The notes under the pieces were generated by a model, which made no database searches, was not told where the DNA came from, and saw only the letters and a program-made list of their open reading frames with translations. The position numbers and the translations under genes are program-made. From Nitrospirota bacterium (GTDB lineage Bacteria; Nitrospirota; Nitrospiria; 2-01-FULL-66-17): a stretch of DNA of 64,000 bases. The stretch spans positions 309,852-373,851 of the forward strand of contig JBMOMC010000043.1 of NCBI GenBank assembly GCA_049325335.1, given 5' to 3'. Of this stretch, positions 31,994 through 43,900 are shown one piece after another (the stretch's first letter is position 1; each line of letters opens with the position of its first letter).

Positions 31994-32857
31994 CTAGTGC
32001 GCCCCTTTGGAGCCGGGGCGCGCCAGATACCGTAAAACACCGTCGGGCAGATCCGGGAAGAGGGGACGCGCCTGCGCGACGTCGGTCATGGCGTGGAGAA
32101 AACACTGGTCGAGTTGCACATGCAGGCGAATCATGGCCAAATACACGGCGCGCTGGGCCGCGACGCGTTCGTCTGCGCCCGGCCCGTACCCGCCCGGAAT
32201 CGCGATCGCGCGGATGATCCGCCCAAGGGCGACTTGCCGGTCGTCCATGCGTTGCGCCGCGCAAGCGGCCAGGACGTCGATCGAGGCGCCGGGATCGGGG
32301 AGCGTCATCCCGGCGAGGTCGGCGAGAAACCGGGCGCGCTCGAAATCCTTGGTTCGCATCGCGACGTGAAAGAGCCAGCCGACCGCGTCGCGGTGAAACG
32401 CCTCATCCCCCAGCAATTGGGAAAATCCGTGTTCGGCCTCATCCCAATGCCGGGCGATCGCGGCCTGGATGGCTTGATTGTAGATGCGCCGGAGCGCGCC
32501 GAGCTCAAAGAGCCGCGTGCGGTGTTGGAACTGGTCCGGATCGCCGAACAGAAAGTCCCGGTGCCGGGCGATCAGGGCCGCGAGCCCCGCGGCGTCGCGT
32601 TGCGCGATCGCCAGCCGCGCCAGGCGTCCGAATGCCGCGAAATGGGTGCGTTCATGGTCGAGCGTCTGGACCAACAGCGCCTCGGCCTCGGATGCCAGGC
32701 CGTCCGCGATCAAGGCGTCGGCGCGTTCGAGCGGCGGGAGTTCAGGGAGTGCGGTATCGGTCTGTGCCGTCGTGGGTCGGGCCGACAACGCGCAGAGCAC
32801 GCTGAAGAGCGCCGGCAAGAGCCACCGCGATGCGTTTGTCCGGGTCAACAAGGGCAT
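31994..32857 (-). CDS. Secreted helical (TPR-like) hypothetical protein
   Basis: Signal peptide followed by Ala/Leu-rich helical repeats. Confidence 0.6.
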   Translation of the reverse strand: MPLLTRTNASRWLLPALFSVLCALSARPTTAQTDTALPELPPLERADALIADGLASEAEALLVQTLDHERTHFAAFGRLARLAIAQRDAAGLAALIARHRDFLFGDPDQFQHRTRLFELGALRRIYNQAIQAAIARHWDEAEHGFSQLLGDEAFHRDAVGWLFHVAMRTKDFERARFLADLAGMTLPDPGASIDVLAACAAQRMDDRQVALGRIIRAIAIPGGYGPGADERVAAQRAVYLAMIRLHVQLDQCFLHAMTDVAQARPLFPDLPDGVLRYLARPGSKGAH

Positions 32858-32994
32858 GGCAGATCCTCGTGGTGTGGGGTTGGTTCTCCGCAACGGGCAC
32901 GAGCGTAACGCGAGCGCGTGGTCGCGTGCAAGTTGGGGTTATCGGATGTCATGGATTCTTGGAATCGACCCCGGCCAAGCGTATACTGGCCAAT

Positions 32995-35016
32995 ATGCTC
33001 AGGCCGTGTCCGCGCTTGCTGCGATTGATCGTGACCTGGATCGTCCTCGCTGCCCCGGTGGGAGGGTATGGCGAGCCAGGCCCCTCGACGGATCTTGCCG
33101 AAGAATCGATCCTGTTCCTGGACATCCCTTCGGTGTACGGCGCGTCCAAGTACGAGCAAGCCGTGGCCGAGGCTCCGTCATCGGTCAGCATTGTCACGGC
33201 CGATGAGATCCAAAAGTATGGGTATCGGACTCTGGCCGACATTCTGCGGAGCGTGCGGGGATTCTTCGTGACGTATGATCGCAACTACAGTTACGTCGGG
33301 GTCAGAGGATTCGGGCGACCCGGGGACTACAACACGCGGGTCCTCTTCCTGCTCGACGGCCATCGTCTCAACGACAACGTGTACGACGGCGCGCTGCTCG
33401 GCACCGACGGTTTGCTCGATGTTGATCTGATCAAACAGGTGGAAATTATCCGCGGCCCAAGTTCGTCGCTTTACGGCACGAGCGCGTTTTTCGGCGTCAT
33501 CAACATCGTGACCAAACGCGGACGTGACGTGGCGCCGGTCGAAGCGTCGGCGGAGGTGGCGAGCCTGGATACCCACAAGGCGCGACTGACGTATGGTAAG
33601 CGATTTGTCCGGGGCCCCGAGCTCCTGGTGTCGGGGACGTGGTACGACAGCGAGGGCAACCCGCGCCTGTTATTCCCGGAACTGAACAATCCCGCGACCA
33701 ACAACGGGGTCGCGGAGCGCGTGGACGCCGACCAGTTCGGGAGCGGGTTTGTGAAATTGGGGATCAACGACTTGACGCTGCACGGCGGGTATTCGTCCCG
33801 CACGAAAGTCATTCCCACCGCGAGTTACGGCTCGGTTTTTAATGATCCGCGTACAAGAACGGTGGACGCGCGGGGATTTCTCGAACTCACCTACGACCAC
33901 CAGTGGGACGCTCGGAGTAGCACGAAGGTCCGGCTCTTTTACGACAGCACGTCGTACCGCGGCGACTACGCCTTCGACTATGCGTCGTCTGGGGATCCTC
34001 CGAATGTGGTGATCAACCATGATACCGCCGAAGGACGGTGGTGGGGCGGCGAGGTCACCATGGCGTGGGCCCTTGGCCGCACCCATCGGGTGTTGTTGGG
34101 GGCGGAATACAAAGGCGATCTGGAGCTGGAACAGCGCAACTACGATGTGGCCGTGTATGTGGCCGACAAGCGACGCGCCGCGAACTGGGCGCTCTATGTC
34201 CAAGACGAGGTGGTCTTGAGCAAGCGCCTTCTGCTTAATGTCGGTGTGCGCCACGATCAACACGACAACACGTTTGGCGGGACCACCAGTCCTCGGCTGG
34301 CCGTGATCTATACCGCGCAGTCGGACATGACGTTGAAGCTACTCTATGGTCAAGCGTTCCGGGCTCCGACATTTTACGAGCTGTACTACCAAGACAGTCT
34401 CGCGCAAAAGGCGAACCCGGACCTCGATCCCGAGATGATGACGTCCACCGAGCTCGTGGTGGAGCGCTCGTTGACCGACCATTTATTGGGCATCGTGTCG
34501 TTCTTTCACTATCGAATCGACGATTTGATCAGCTTTGAAACCGACCCGAGCGACGGTCTCTTGGTGTTTCGTAACGCCGAGACCATTGAAACGAACGGGA
34601 TGGAGATCGAACTGGACGGGCGGTGGAGGAACGGGTTGGAAGGGCGGGTAAGCTACGCGTATCAGCATTCCGAGAATCAACAGACCGAGGAGCCGTTGAC
34701 CAACTCGCCCAAATACGTGGCCCGGTACAACGTCATCGTCCCGGTGGTGCCGGAAGCGCTCTTTGCCGGACTGGAGACGCAGTACACCAGCTCGCGCAGG
34801 ACGTTGCTCAACAATCGCGTCCGCGCCTTCTATGTGACCAATGCCACGCTCTTCGGACGAACGCTGTCCAACCGGCTTCAACTCTCGGTGAGCGTGTACA
34901 ACGTGTTCGGCACTGACTACGGCGACCCGGGATCGCAGGAACACGTGCAACAGAATATGGATGTCATCGCGCAGGACGGTCGTGCCGTACGCGTGAAACT
35001 CACGTATGCGTTTTGA
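32995..35016 (+). CDS. TonB-dependent receptor (plug plus barrel)
   Basis: ASKYEQAVAEAPSSVSIVT, VEIIRGPSSSLYG, GVINIVTK, NPDLDPE; C-terminal Phe. Confidence 0.93.
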   Translation: MLRPCPRLLRLIVTWIVLAAPVGGYGEPGPSTDLAEESILFLDIPSVYGASKYEQAVAEAPSSVSIVTADEIQKYGYRTLADILRSVRGFFVTYDRNYSYVGVRGFGRPGDYNTRVLFLLDGHRLNDNVYDGALLGTDGLLDVDLIKQVEIIRGPSSSLYGTSAFFGVINIVTKRGRDVAPVEASAEVASLDTHKARLTYGKRFVRGPELLVSGTWYDSEGNPRLLFPELNNPATNNGVAERVDADQFGSGFVKLGINDLTLHGGYSSRTKVIPTASYGSVFNDPRTRTVDARGFLELTYDHQWDARSSTKVRLFYDSTSYRGDYAFDYASSGDPPNVVINHDTAEGRWWGGEVTMAWALGRTHRVLLGAEYKGDLELEQRNYDVAVYVADKRRAANWALYVQDEVVLSKRLLLNVGVRHDQHDNTFGGTTSPRLAVIYTAQSDMTLKLLYGQAFRAPTFYELYYQDSLAQKANPDLDPEMMTSTELVVERSLTDHLLGIVSFFHYRIDDLISFETDPSDGLLVFRNAETIETNGMEIELDGRWRNGLEGRVSYAYQHSENQQTEEPLTNSPKYVARYNVIVPVVPEALFAGLETQYTSSRRTLLNNRVRAFYVTNATLFGRTLSNRLQLSVSVYNVFGTDYGDPGSQEHVQQNMDVIAQDGRAVRVKLTYAF

Positions 35017-35974
35017 GTGTCCGAGCGTGATGGCGTCCGTTACGGGCACCGCGGTCGCCGTCACGGCGGTGCTCCTTCTCGGCCCGGTGACGAAGGGTCC
35101 GTTCGCCGAGGAGCAGACTCCCAAGATCGCGGTGTTGATGAGTCACGACGCTCCACCCTATGCAGCCGCGCTGAACGGATTTCGGGAGCAGCTTGCCCGC
35201 GACGGCGTTCAAGCGCAGTATGACGTGGTGGTGCTCCGCGGCGATCCGCTCGAGTCCGACGAGGCCGTCCAGCGGATCATGCACAACGGGACGCGGCTGG
35301 TCTATGCGCTCGGGGCGCTCGGCGCCGGGGCCGTCATCGACGCGCAAATCAGCGTGCCGGTCGTGGCGTGTATGCTCCTGAACCGCGCCGATGTGAAGAA
35401 GGTTCCGCATGCCGCGGGCGTCGGTCTGGAGATTCCGGTGGAAACCCAGTTTCAGTGGCTGCGGCGGCTGCTGCCAAACGCCAAGCGCATCGGCGTGCTA
35501 TACAACCCGACGGAGAATCGGGACACCGTGGACCTGGCCGCGCGCGTGGCCCGCGAGACAGGCCTCATTCTGACGGCGCGTCCGATCGAGACCCCGCGAG
35601 ACATTCCGGCCGCGCTCGCTCACCTCGCCAACGAGGCGGATGTCGTGTGGGGCTTGCCCGATCACGTGGTGCTCTCGCCGGAGACGGCCCAATCCCTGTT
35701 GCTGTTTTCCCTCCGGAATCGGATACCATTCATCGGTTTGTCCACATCATGGGCCAAGGCGGGGGCCCTGTACGCGCTCGATCGCGATTATGGCGACCTC
35801 GGGGCGCAGTGCGGAGAACTAGCAATGGCGATCCTGGACGGACGGTCGCCCGAATCGTTTCTCCCGGCGTCGCCGCGCAAGGTGGTCTACGCGATCAACC
35901 TCCAGACGGCCCGCCAGATGAAAATCAGCCTGCCGGACAATCTGGTGCATGGCGCGGCGGAGGTGTTTCAATAA
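35006..35974 (+). CDS. Periplasmic ABC_sub_bind-type ligand-binding protein, with no ABC permease or ATPase nearby
   Basis: [30 protein letters not shown]. Confidence 0.8.
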   Translation: MRFECPSVMASVTGTAVAVTAVLLLGPVTKGPFAEEQTPKIAVLMSHDAPPYAAALNGFREQLARDGVQAQYDVVVLRGDPLESDEAVQRIMHNGTRLVYALGALGAGAVIDAQISVPVVACMLLNRADVKKVPHAAGVGLEIPVETQFQWLRRLLPNAKRIGVLYNPTENRDTVDLAARVARETGLILTARPIETPRDIPAALAHLANEADVVWGLPDHVVLSPETAQSLLLFSLRNRIPFIGLSTSWAKAGALYALDRDYGDLGAQCGELAMAILDGRSPESFLPASPRKVVYAINLQTARQMKISLPDNLVHGAAEVFQ

Positions 35975-35975
35975 G

Positions 35976-38825
35976 ATGGCGGTGCGACGGCTCGGGCTGG
36001 TGACCGCGTTCAATCTGTTGACCATTGCGATCATCGTGCTGACCGCGACGGGGATCGGGATCTTTGTGGTCCGCACCACCTCGGCCGGCTTTCACCGCGA
36101 TTTGATTCGGCACGGCACGACCGTGGCTGCCATGATTGCCGAGAATGCCGAATACGCGCTGTATGTGGCCGACCAGGAGGTCCTGGCCCGCATCGTGGAC
36201 AGCCTGTCGGCGGACCCCGATGTCGCGTACGTCGGCCTTATGAACGCCGAGCGGAGTTTGTTGGCGAGTAAAGTGATGGACCGGGAGATTGCCATCCCCG
36301 TAGACCCCAAGGGTTGGTCCGGCATGGCCGGGAACGGCATGGCCATCACGTGGTTTACCGAGGAGCAAACCGGCAAACGTTACCTCGACATCCGCGCTCC
36401 GGTGGTCAGCCGGACCTTGCGGTCCGGCGATGACCTCTTTCTCGAAATGCGGCATGAGGCCAAATCCGTGACCATTGGATACGTGCAACTGGGGTTGGGG
36501 CACGAAGCGCTGGACGAACGCGTCCGCGCGTTTCTCGTCTCCACGCTCCTGGTCACGTCGTTGTTGGTGCTGGTCGGCGTGGCCATCACGGTGGTGATGA
36601 CGCGGCGCATTGCGGCCCCGGTCCGTCGCTTGGCCGGCGCGGCCCAAGACATTGCGGACGGGAGGCTCGACCACCGCATTGACGTCGCCGGGCACGAGGA
36701 GATCAATCGTCTGACCGAGGCATTCAACGTGATGATCGAGCGGCTCCGCGGTTCCCGAGCACAGGTGGAGGCGCACCAACAGGCGCTCGAGACCACGGTT
36801 GAACAGCGTACCCATGAGCTCCGACAGGCGACGGAGCATGCCCATGCCCTGGCCGAGGAAGCCAAGCAGGCCAGTCGCGCCAAGTCACAGTTTCTCGCCA
36901 ACGTGAGCCATGAAATCCGCACGCCGTTGAACGGCGTGTTGGGCATGATCGAAGTGCTGCTGGACACCCCCCTGGAGCCCCGGCAACGGCACTATGTGGA
37001 ATCGGCGCGACGTTCCGGGGAGACGTTGCGGGCGCTCATCAGTGACGTGCTGGATTTTTCCAAGATCGAAGCCGGCCGGCTCGATTTGGAGCAGGTGGAG
37101 TTTGACCTGCGCCGGATCGTGGACGAGGTCGCCGAACTGCTGATCAGGCCCGCCACACGCAAGGGTTTGGAATTGGCGGTCCTGATTCCACCCGACGTGC
37201 CGACGCGGCTGCGCGGTGATCCGCACCGGCTTCGTCAAGTCATGACTAATCTGGTCGATAATGCCGTTAAGTTCACCGAGCACGGCACGGTGGTCGTTCG
37301 CGTATCCGCGACGGACATCGACGAGCGGGAGGTGGGGCTGCGGTTCGAGGTTCGGGATTCCGGAGTCGGGATTCCGCACGACGTGCAGGCGCGCCTCTTT
37401 GAGTCCTTTACCCAAGCCGACGGGTCAACCACCAGGAAATTCGGTGGGACTGGGCTGGGGCTGGCAATTTGTAAACAACTGGTGAAACGCATGGGGGGCG
37501 ACATCGGCGTCCAATCGCAACCAGGTCATGGGAGCACATTTTTTTTCACCGCCTGCTTCGAGGTGGTGAAGGGGCCTTGCCAGTCGGCTGCGCTGGAATC
37601 GGTTGAGCAACCGGTCAGGGCGCAGCTAGTTCCCGCCGCGATCTTGTTGGCTGAGGACAACGCGGTCAACCGAGACGTCACGATGGCTATGCTTGAGGGC
37701 GTGGGATGTCGCGTCGACAGCGTGAGCGCTGGGCGGGAGGTTATGGATGCGATATCCCGCGTTCCCTACGACCTCATTCTGATGGATTGTCAGATGCCGG
37801 ATATGGACGGGTTTGACGCAACCAAGGCCATCCGTGAACAGGAGCGGCTGACCTCGTCCGCCGTCGCGCCCCGCCGTCGGCGGGTCCCCATCATTGCGCT
37901 CACCGCGAACGCCATGGAAACCGACCGTCAACAGTGTGTGGACGCCGGGATGGATGACTACCTGACCAAACCGTTTCACAAGGACCAACTTCTGGCGATG
38001 ATCGAGAAGTGGCTGCCCGGTACCCGAGTGCCCGACAGTCCGTTGGTTGGGAGCGACCGGATAGCCGATTCCACGGAGCCGCGGATTCCGGACACGGATC
38101 TGGCGGACGGCGAACAACGCGGCGTCCTCAGTTACGTGACATCCAAGGTGGTCCACGACCTTCGGACATTACTCATCGGGGTCAGTCGCACGCTGGCATT
38201 GTTCAAGCAGGCCCCTGGCGGTCGAACCAGTCAGGAGCGTGAACGTGCGTTGGAACACCTCGTGAATTCGACGGAGCTGGTGCTCGGGATCATGGACGAT
38301 CGGCTTGATGTCTACCACGGCCACGTCGGGCGTCTCCGGCTTCAATGCGGGAGCGTGGTTCTTGGTCAGGTGGCGGCTGAGGCCGTCGCGCTGCTCGATG
38401 GGGAAGCCCGTGAAAAAGATCTACGGGTGACGGTCGAGGGCGGACACGACATCCCCTCGATCCATGCCGACAAACGGCGCCTCCAACGAGTCTTTGTGAA
38501 TCTGCTTGACAATGCGATGAAGGCCTCGCCTCCTGGCGGAGCCATTCGGGTGACATTTAACGAGTGCAGCGGTTCCGGTTCGGCGGTGACCTGCTTTGTG
38601 CAAGACGATGGCCCAGGGATCCCGCCGCAACTCATTGCGGATCTGCGGCGACCGACGCAGGGGACCTTGAGCCGTTTATCGGAGCGTGGGAGAGGGCTCG
38701 GCCTGGAATTCTGTCGCATCGTGGTTGATGCACACGGCGGCGCGATTTGGGCGGACAATCGTGAGGCGCGGGGGGCCGTGTTCGGCGTCCGATTACCGGT
38801 CGTGGGGGCGGGCCATGTCGATTAA
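35976..38825 (+). CDS. Hybrid sensor kinase: TM-periplasmic-TM-HAMP-HisKA-HATPase-REC-second HisKA-HATPase
   Basis: [40 protein letters not shown] receiver; then [27 protein letters not shown]. Confidence 0.92.
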   Translation: MAVRRLGLVTAFNLLTIAIIVLTATGIGIFVVRTTSAGFHRDLIRHGTTVAAMIAENAEYALYVADQEVLARIVDSLSADPDVAYVGLMNAERSLLASKVMDREIAIPVDPKGWSGMAGNGMAITWFTEEQTGKRYLDIRAPVVSRTLRSGDDLFLEMRHEAKSVTIGYVQLGLGHEALDERVRAFLVSTLLVTSLLVLVGVAITVVMTRRIAAPVRRLAGAAQDIADGRLDHRIDVAGHEEINRLTEAFNVMIERLRGSRAQVEAHQQALETTVEQRTHELRQATEHAHALAEEAKQASRAKSQFLANVSHEIRTPLNGVLGMIEVLLDTPLEPRQRHYVESARRSGETLRALISDVLDFSKIEAGRLDLEQVEFDLRRIVDEVAELLIRPATRKGLELAVLIPPDVPTRLRGDPHRLRQVMTNLVDNAVKFTEHGTVVVRVSATDIDEREVGLRFEVRDSGVGIPHDVQARLFESFTQADGSTTRKFGGTGLGLAICKQLVKRMGGDIGVQSQPGHGSTFFFTACFEVVKGPCQSAALESVEQPVRAQLVPAAILLAEDNAVNRDVTMAMLEGVGCRVDSVSAGREVMDAISRVPYDLILMDCQMPDMDGFDATKAIREQERLTSSAVAPRRRRVPIIALTANAMETDRQQCVDAGMDDYLTKPFHKDQLLAMIEKWLPGTRVPDSPLVGSDRIADSTEPRIPDTDLADGEQRGVLSYVTSKVVHDLRTLLIGVSRTLALFKQAPGGRTSQERERALEHLVNSTELVLGIMDDRLDVYHGHVGRLRLQCGSVVLGQVAAEAVALLDGEAREKDLRVTVEGGHDIPSIHADKRRLQRVFVNLLDNAMKASPPGGAIRVTFNECSGSGSAVTCFVQDDGPGIPPQLIADLRRPTQGTLSRLSERGRGLGLEFCRIVVDAHGGAIWADNREARGAVFGVRLPVVGAGHVD

Positions 38826-39456
38826 AGTCATGGTGGTAGATGACCAACGGTTGTTCCGACAAAGCCTGGTTGCGCTGTTGGAACAAGATCCGGAAATTCG
38901 AGTGGTCGGGCAGGCCGCGGACGGGCAGGAAGCGTTTTTGGTCGCAATGGCGCAGCGGCCCGATATCGTGCTCATGGACCTGGACCTTCCCAAACTGGAC
39001 GGGGCCCAGGCCACGCGGCGCATCCTTGAGCGGTCTCCGAAGACCAAGGTCTTGATTCTGTCGGTCTATGGAGACGAGCAACACATCGCGGATGGGCTCG
39101 ACGCCGGGGCGGCCGGGTACATTCTCAAGGACGCCGACGTCGGGGAGTTCATCCGCATCATCAAACAGTATGCGGAAGGCCGACGGGTGGCGTCGGCGTT
39201 TGTCGCGTCGCGGCCACAGGATGAGACCCCGTCGCCTGCGCTCGACCGCTCGAAGCTGACGCGGCGAGAAGTGGAAATCGTCGATCTCCTGGCGACTGGG
39301 TGTGGGACCAAAGACATGGCGAGCCGCTTGGGTATCTCCGGGGAAACCGTGAAAGTTCACCTCCAGCACATCTATCGAAAACTCGGCGTGAAGGGACGAG
39401 TGGAGCTGATCCTCTCGCTGACAACCAAGCCGTCCAAGTCGTTCGGCGGTTCCTAG
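38815..39456 (+). CDS. NarL/LuxR-family response regulator
   Basis: [25 protein letters not shown]...[15 protein letters not shown]. Confidence 0.93.
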   Translation: MSIKVMVVDDQRLFRQSLVALLEQDPEIRVVGQAADGQEAFLVAMAQRPDIVLMDLDLPKLDGAQATRRILERSPKTKVLILSVYGDEQHIADGLDAGAAGYILKDADVGEFIRIIKQYAEGRRVASAFVASRPQDETPSPALDRSKLTRREVEIVDLLATGCGTKDMASRLGISGETVKVHLQHIYRKLGVKGRVELILSLTTKPSKSFGGS

Positions 39457-39569
39457 CAATCGCCTCATACCCTGTCAGTAAACTAAAAGGTTAGTTCTCG
39501 TCAGTCTCACGAGAAAACTACTCCGACTAGGGAATTCCATGGGCGGTTTCATCGGTGTACACTCGGTTG

Positions 39570-39673
39570 GTCATCACTGATACGTCCTCGTCTCCCCCGG
39601 CGGGGCTGACCTCTTGTATGGCCGATGCGCGAACGACATGGCGTGACGGTGGCATGCGGTCAGCCCCTTTTTT
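39570..39673 (+). ncRNA. Candidate ~100-nt small RNA
   Basis: TTCCAT-17-TACACT (39535-39563), C/U-rich 5' part, GGGGCTGACC...GGTCAGCCCC stem plus T6. Confidence 0.4.
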
Positions 39674-39742
39674 GCGTCGTTCCATGGACTCGTGAGCACC
39701 GCTGCCCCGCGTGATGGTTAAAGCGGCGGATGGGGCGTGGAC

Positions 39743-40378
39743 TTACTGGATCGGGTGGCGCGTGACGGGTGTGTCGGGCCGTACCTCCTCGACGTGGAGG
39801 GCGAGTTGGACCCGGTTTTTCACGCGAAACTTCTGGAGCAATCGGTTGACGTGGCTTTTCACCGTCCGCTCGCTGATGCAGAGCCGATCCGCGATGTCGC
39901 GATTGGACATGCCATCGAGGATCAAGGCCATCACTTCGCCCTCACGTTTGCTCGGCATGGGAGCGGTACCGTCGTGAGACCCGACAAGCGGCCCCGCTTC
40001 GCACCAAATGGCTCCAGATATGACTTCGTGTATCGCGTTCACGATTACCTCGCGGCACACGCCTTCGGTGAGCACGCCGTTGATGCCGAGCTGCAGCGCG
40101 CGTTTCATGAGCCCGGCATCGTGTTGACGTACGATCAGCATGACTTTGGCGCGCAGCCCCACCATCATCATCTCCCGCCACGCAGCCGGCGTGGGCGACG
40201 TGGGGACGTGGATCACGACGACGTCCGGGTGTGTCGGCCATGTCTCATCCGCCAATTCGCGGCATGTCGCCATGTCGGCGGAGACGACAAGCGTCGGTTC
40301 CTCGCGGAGGACGAGGACCAGTCCTTCGTGCAAGAGGGGCGATGTCGCCACTACGGCTACTCGGATCGGCGTACCCAT
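39743..40378 (-). CDS. LuxR-family regulator with degenerate receiver domain
   Basis: SKREGEVM...GMSNRDIA...TVKSHV HTH; receiver lacks the acidic pocket and phospho-Asp (VVATSP, VIHVP). Confidence 0.88.
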   Translation of the reverse strand: MGTPIRVAVVATSPLLHEGLVLVLREEPTLVVSADMATCRELADETWPTHPDVVVIHVPTSPTPAAWREMMMVGLRAKVMLIVRQHDAGLMKRALQLGINGVLTEGVCREVIVNAIHEVISGAIWCEAGPLVGSHDGTAPMPSKREGEVMALILDGMSNRDIADRLCISERTVKSHVNRLLQKFRVKNRVQLALHVEEVRPDTPVTRHPIQ

Positions 40379-40635
40379 ACACGAGATCACCAGTGAGAGA
40401 TCTGGACCTGCCGAAACTCAAGCAGAAAATACAGGCAGGATTCGTGCCGCCCCTTGAAACACTTGGTCAGTTGATGACGAGCATTTCGTCGTAACCTAGC
40501 ACAACCAAAGCATGAAGATCAACTCAGGCCCCACCATAACTGGGACGGCATCGCGACGCGGGTGATGGCGACTGAGGTGTCTTTGAGGAAAACTACCCTG
40601 TTTTGATTCCATTTTTTCTCTCGATTTTCTTCTGG

Positions 40636-40683
40636 AAATCCTACCTTCGGACAATTGTTCTTGGTCGGGCGTTCCGGTAAGGT
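40636..40683 (+). promoter_or_regulatory. Putative activator site plus sigma70 promoter of cytochrome gene 1
   Basis: AAATCctACCttCGGACAATTG overlapping TTGTTC-17-TAAGGT; motif shared with 44558. Confidence 0.6.
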
Positions 40684-40955
40684 ACACCACACTCTGTAAA
40701 AGTAAGTTTTCATAAGCCGCTGGCTCACCCTGCGGCATGAAAGCGGTTGGCTGGTGCGCCGGTCGTCTGGTGTGCCAGTGAACGCCGACCGCGAACCGTA
40801 CGGTGTGGTAGTGGTCAACCGGCGGACCGGCCAACGATTTTCTCACCAGACCGGATTGTAAGGGCACCGGTGAGCCTCGAGAAGGTTCCATCAGCACGTG
40901 GTCCTGGGTTGGGTAACGACCGGAAACGTGGGTGTCACGGAAGGGGGGCTGGTGT

Positions 40956-43900
40956 ATGCAGATCGCGGATCAGAAATGGCGAGTCGGACTTTCGGTATTT
41001 CTCCTGTTGGCCGTTGTGGGACTGACCGCCACGGCCTTTGCTCGGCATGGTGAAGAGGGCATTCTGACGAACCGGATTCCCGAGCCGGCCCCGTATGTGG
41101 TCGGTGAGACGACGATAAACCCGGCAGGGACTGCGGGCGCGTTCGGCGCTCCGCACACCGGCCAGCCGTTCGAACCGCTCTGGACGGGTGTGAACGACAC
41201 CGGGGGGTGCAGCGGGTGCCACACAGGCCTGTACGATCAGTGGAACGGCGCGATGATGTCCAACGCCTGGCGCGACCCGGGGTGGCGCGGCGCGTTCCTG
41301 CTGGTGGCGCGTCTGACCTCGACTGATGGAGACTGCGATATTCCCAATCCGCCCGACGATCCCTCGGGCGCCTCAAAGGCCCAGATCAACCCATTCGGCA
41401 TTGCCGGATGCCAAAGCCGGTTCAACGTCACCCCGGGCACGACCACCCCGTTTCCAGGTGTCACCCCGGCGCTCTACAGCGGCTCCGGGTCGCTGATGGA
41501 CGATTTCTGTTCGCGCTGCCACATGCCGACCAACTATATCGACGCGACCACGAATGTGTATGCCGACAATCAAAGTCCCTTCGGCGGCGGAACATCGTCC
41601 CAGGAACACGGGCGCATTAGCCCGTCGTACGACCCCACTGCCTGTGCCGGAGCCGGGCCCTTGTGCAGTCCCAGTACGTCGCCGCTGGAGCCGTCGCCGA
41701 CCGACCCCGCAACCCGGCAGCCGACCCCCGAGTCGTTCGGGTTCCGAACCTACCTGGACAATGGGGCGACCCGCGTGGTCAACACCAACAGTGGGCAAAC
41801 CGGCATCATTTGCGAGGTTTGCCACACCAACGTGGAGACGCGCTATACGCCGTATCACAATTACACGAAGCCGACCTGGGCGAATGACCAGGCCTTTGCG
41901 CCGACCCCAACAGCCAGCGCGGAGTACTATTGGGCCCCGGGCGCCACGGCTCGGCACCAGCAACTCCCTCTCAACAAACAAGACATCGTCACGGAACCCG
42001 ATACCGCGTCGAGAAATCTCGGCTACGCGTTGGGAGCCGGGGCGTTTCGACTGTCCCCGCATGCGCTCAATTACCCCGAGCGGTTTGGGCCGCTGACCTG
42101 GAACGATCCCTGCGCGCTGGTTCCAAGTCGCCCTTGCGTCATTGATCCGTTCTTGGCGCAAAACGCGGTGGTGGACCCGTACATCACCGACGTCTTTACC
42201 GGCGGCGCGAGCAGCTACACCGCGTATCTGACCTGGGCCAATCCCCCGGGCAAGCACGACACCTTTTATCAGGTCAAGTTTGAGCGGTCGGAGTTTTGCG
42301 CGGCCTGTCACGACGTGACCAATCCGCTGACCATCAAGAACAAGCATGGCTTCTGGGCCGGAGGCTTCCCCATTGAACGAACCTATACCGAGTGGCAGAA
42401 CAGCCGGTATGCTGATCGCCCGGTTCGCAATGACGGCACGATCCCGTATAAACGGGATTGCACGACGTGCCACATGCAACAGACCTTCGGCGAGCCCGGC
42501 ACCGGTCTCACGCTCTACACGGTCAACGGCGGTGTGAGCCCGAAGGCGCCGTTGGAAGAGCCGAGTTGCGATCGCATCGCGCATAACCCCGGGTACTCTC
42601 ACCATTTTGTGGGCGGCAACGCCTACATGACCAAACTGATCGGCTCCGACGCGGACGGAAGCGGGACGGTCTCGCCGTACCCGGAACTGCTCAATACCAG
42701 CTTCTCATCCAGAGACAAAAACAGCCGATTCAATCTGGCCCGCTACGACAATACGCCCAGCGCCCGAGGTCCGTCAGCCACCCAGCACGAGCGGTTCGCC
42801 TGGGATCGGATGCGCAACGTGTTGGTGATGTCCGTGACTGCCCCGGCTTCGGCCACGCCCGGAACCGTGGCGCCGCTGGGGGTGACGATTACGGCCGAAG
42901 GGTCCGGTCACAACTTCCCGACCGGGTTCCCCGAGGGCCGGATTGCGTGGCTGCACTTGAAGGCTTGGGATACCCGCAACACCGCCAATACGTCCGATGA
43001 CGTCGAACTCTTTATTCGCGACAGCGTCCGGCCGGCTGGCGCGCAGGACACGCTGGGAGTCGGGAATCTGACAGCCCAAACCCTGGTGGACCCGGCCTAT
43101 CCGTCCACGTGTCCAGATACGAGTGGAAGCCCGACCGGTTGGAAGATCCCGGAAGGATCGCCCGACCCGTACGCGATTCAGTTCAAGGCGGTGGCCAGCG
43201 AAGACCGGGTTTGTCCGACGCTGGATCTTCCATACGCTACACCCATCAACCTGAGAACCACGGCCGCGGGATTGCCGGCTGATGCCGCAGGCAATCCCGT
43301 GGATCGGGCCAACCCGACCAGGCTGCCCCAGTATAACGACCTGGACGGCGACGGCGACCTCTTCGATGATTCCTTCCTTGTGGATACCCGCCTACGACCC
43401 CGGGGATCGGGCGATCTCGTCACCACGGTGAACAGCCTCCGCTACCCGGTGGTCGGGCCCACGGTTACCACGTCGCGGTACTCGGTGGTCATCCCTGCGA
43501 CCGGCGTGGTCGGCCCCATTGCGGTGACCGCGGCCGTGTACTACCAGGCTTTTGAAGCCGTGGTGGCCAAGAAGTTTTTGGGCAATCTGGCGAACTTGGA
43601 CGATATCGATTGCAACGAAGGGACCGCTATTCCCGGCGTGACCTGCAACACGGTACCCGCCGGAACCCTGCCGACCGGAACCCCCACCCCGTTTCTGGAG
43701 CCGTGCGTGCTCAAGGGGGCTTGCGACCGGGTTGGGAAACCCGGTGTCACCGGAGAGACCCAGTTGCGAGATGCGCTCAAGACCGATCCCGTGGTGGTCG
43801 AGGGCGCGCCTCCGGTGCCGATGGAAGTGGTGAACAAAGTGATCGCCGTCGGGGCTGCGGCTGATACCGTTGCGCCGCGAGTCATCATCAACAATTGCAA

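Noticed and set aside
40690..40955. Riboswitch in the long leader of cytochrome 1
   Set aside because: The leader is long (~265 nt if the promoter call is right), but I recognise no riboswitch consensus or terminator in it
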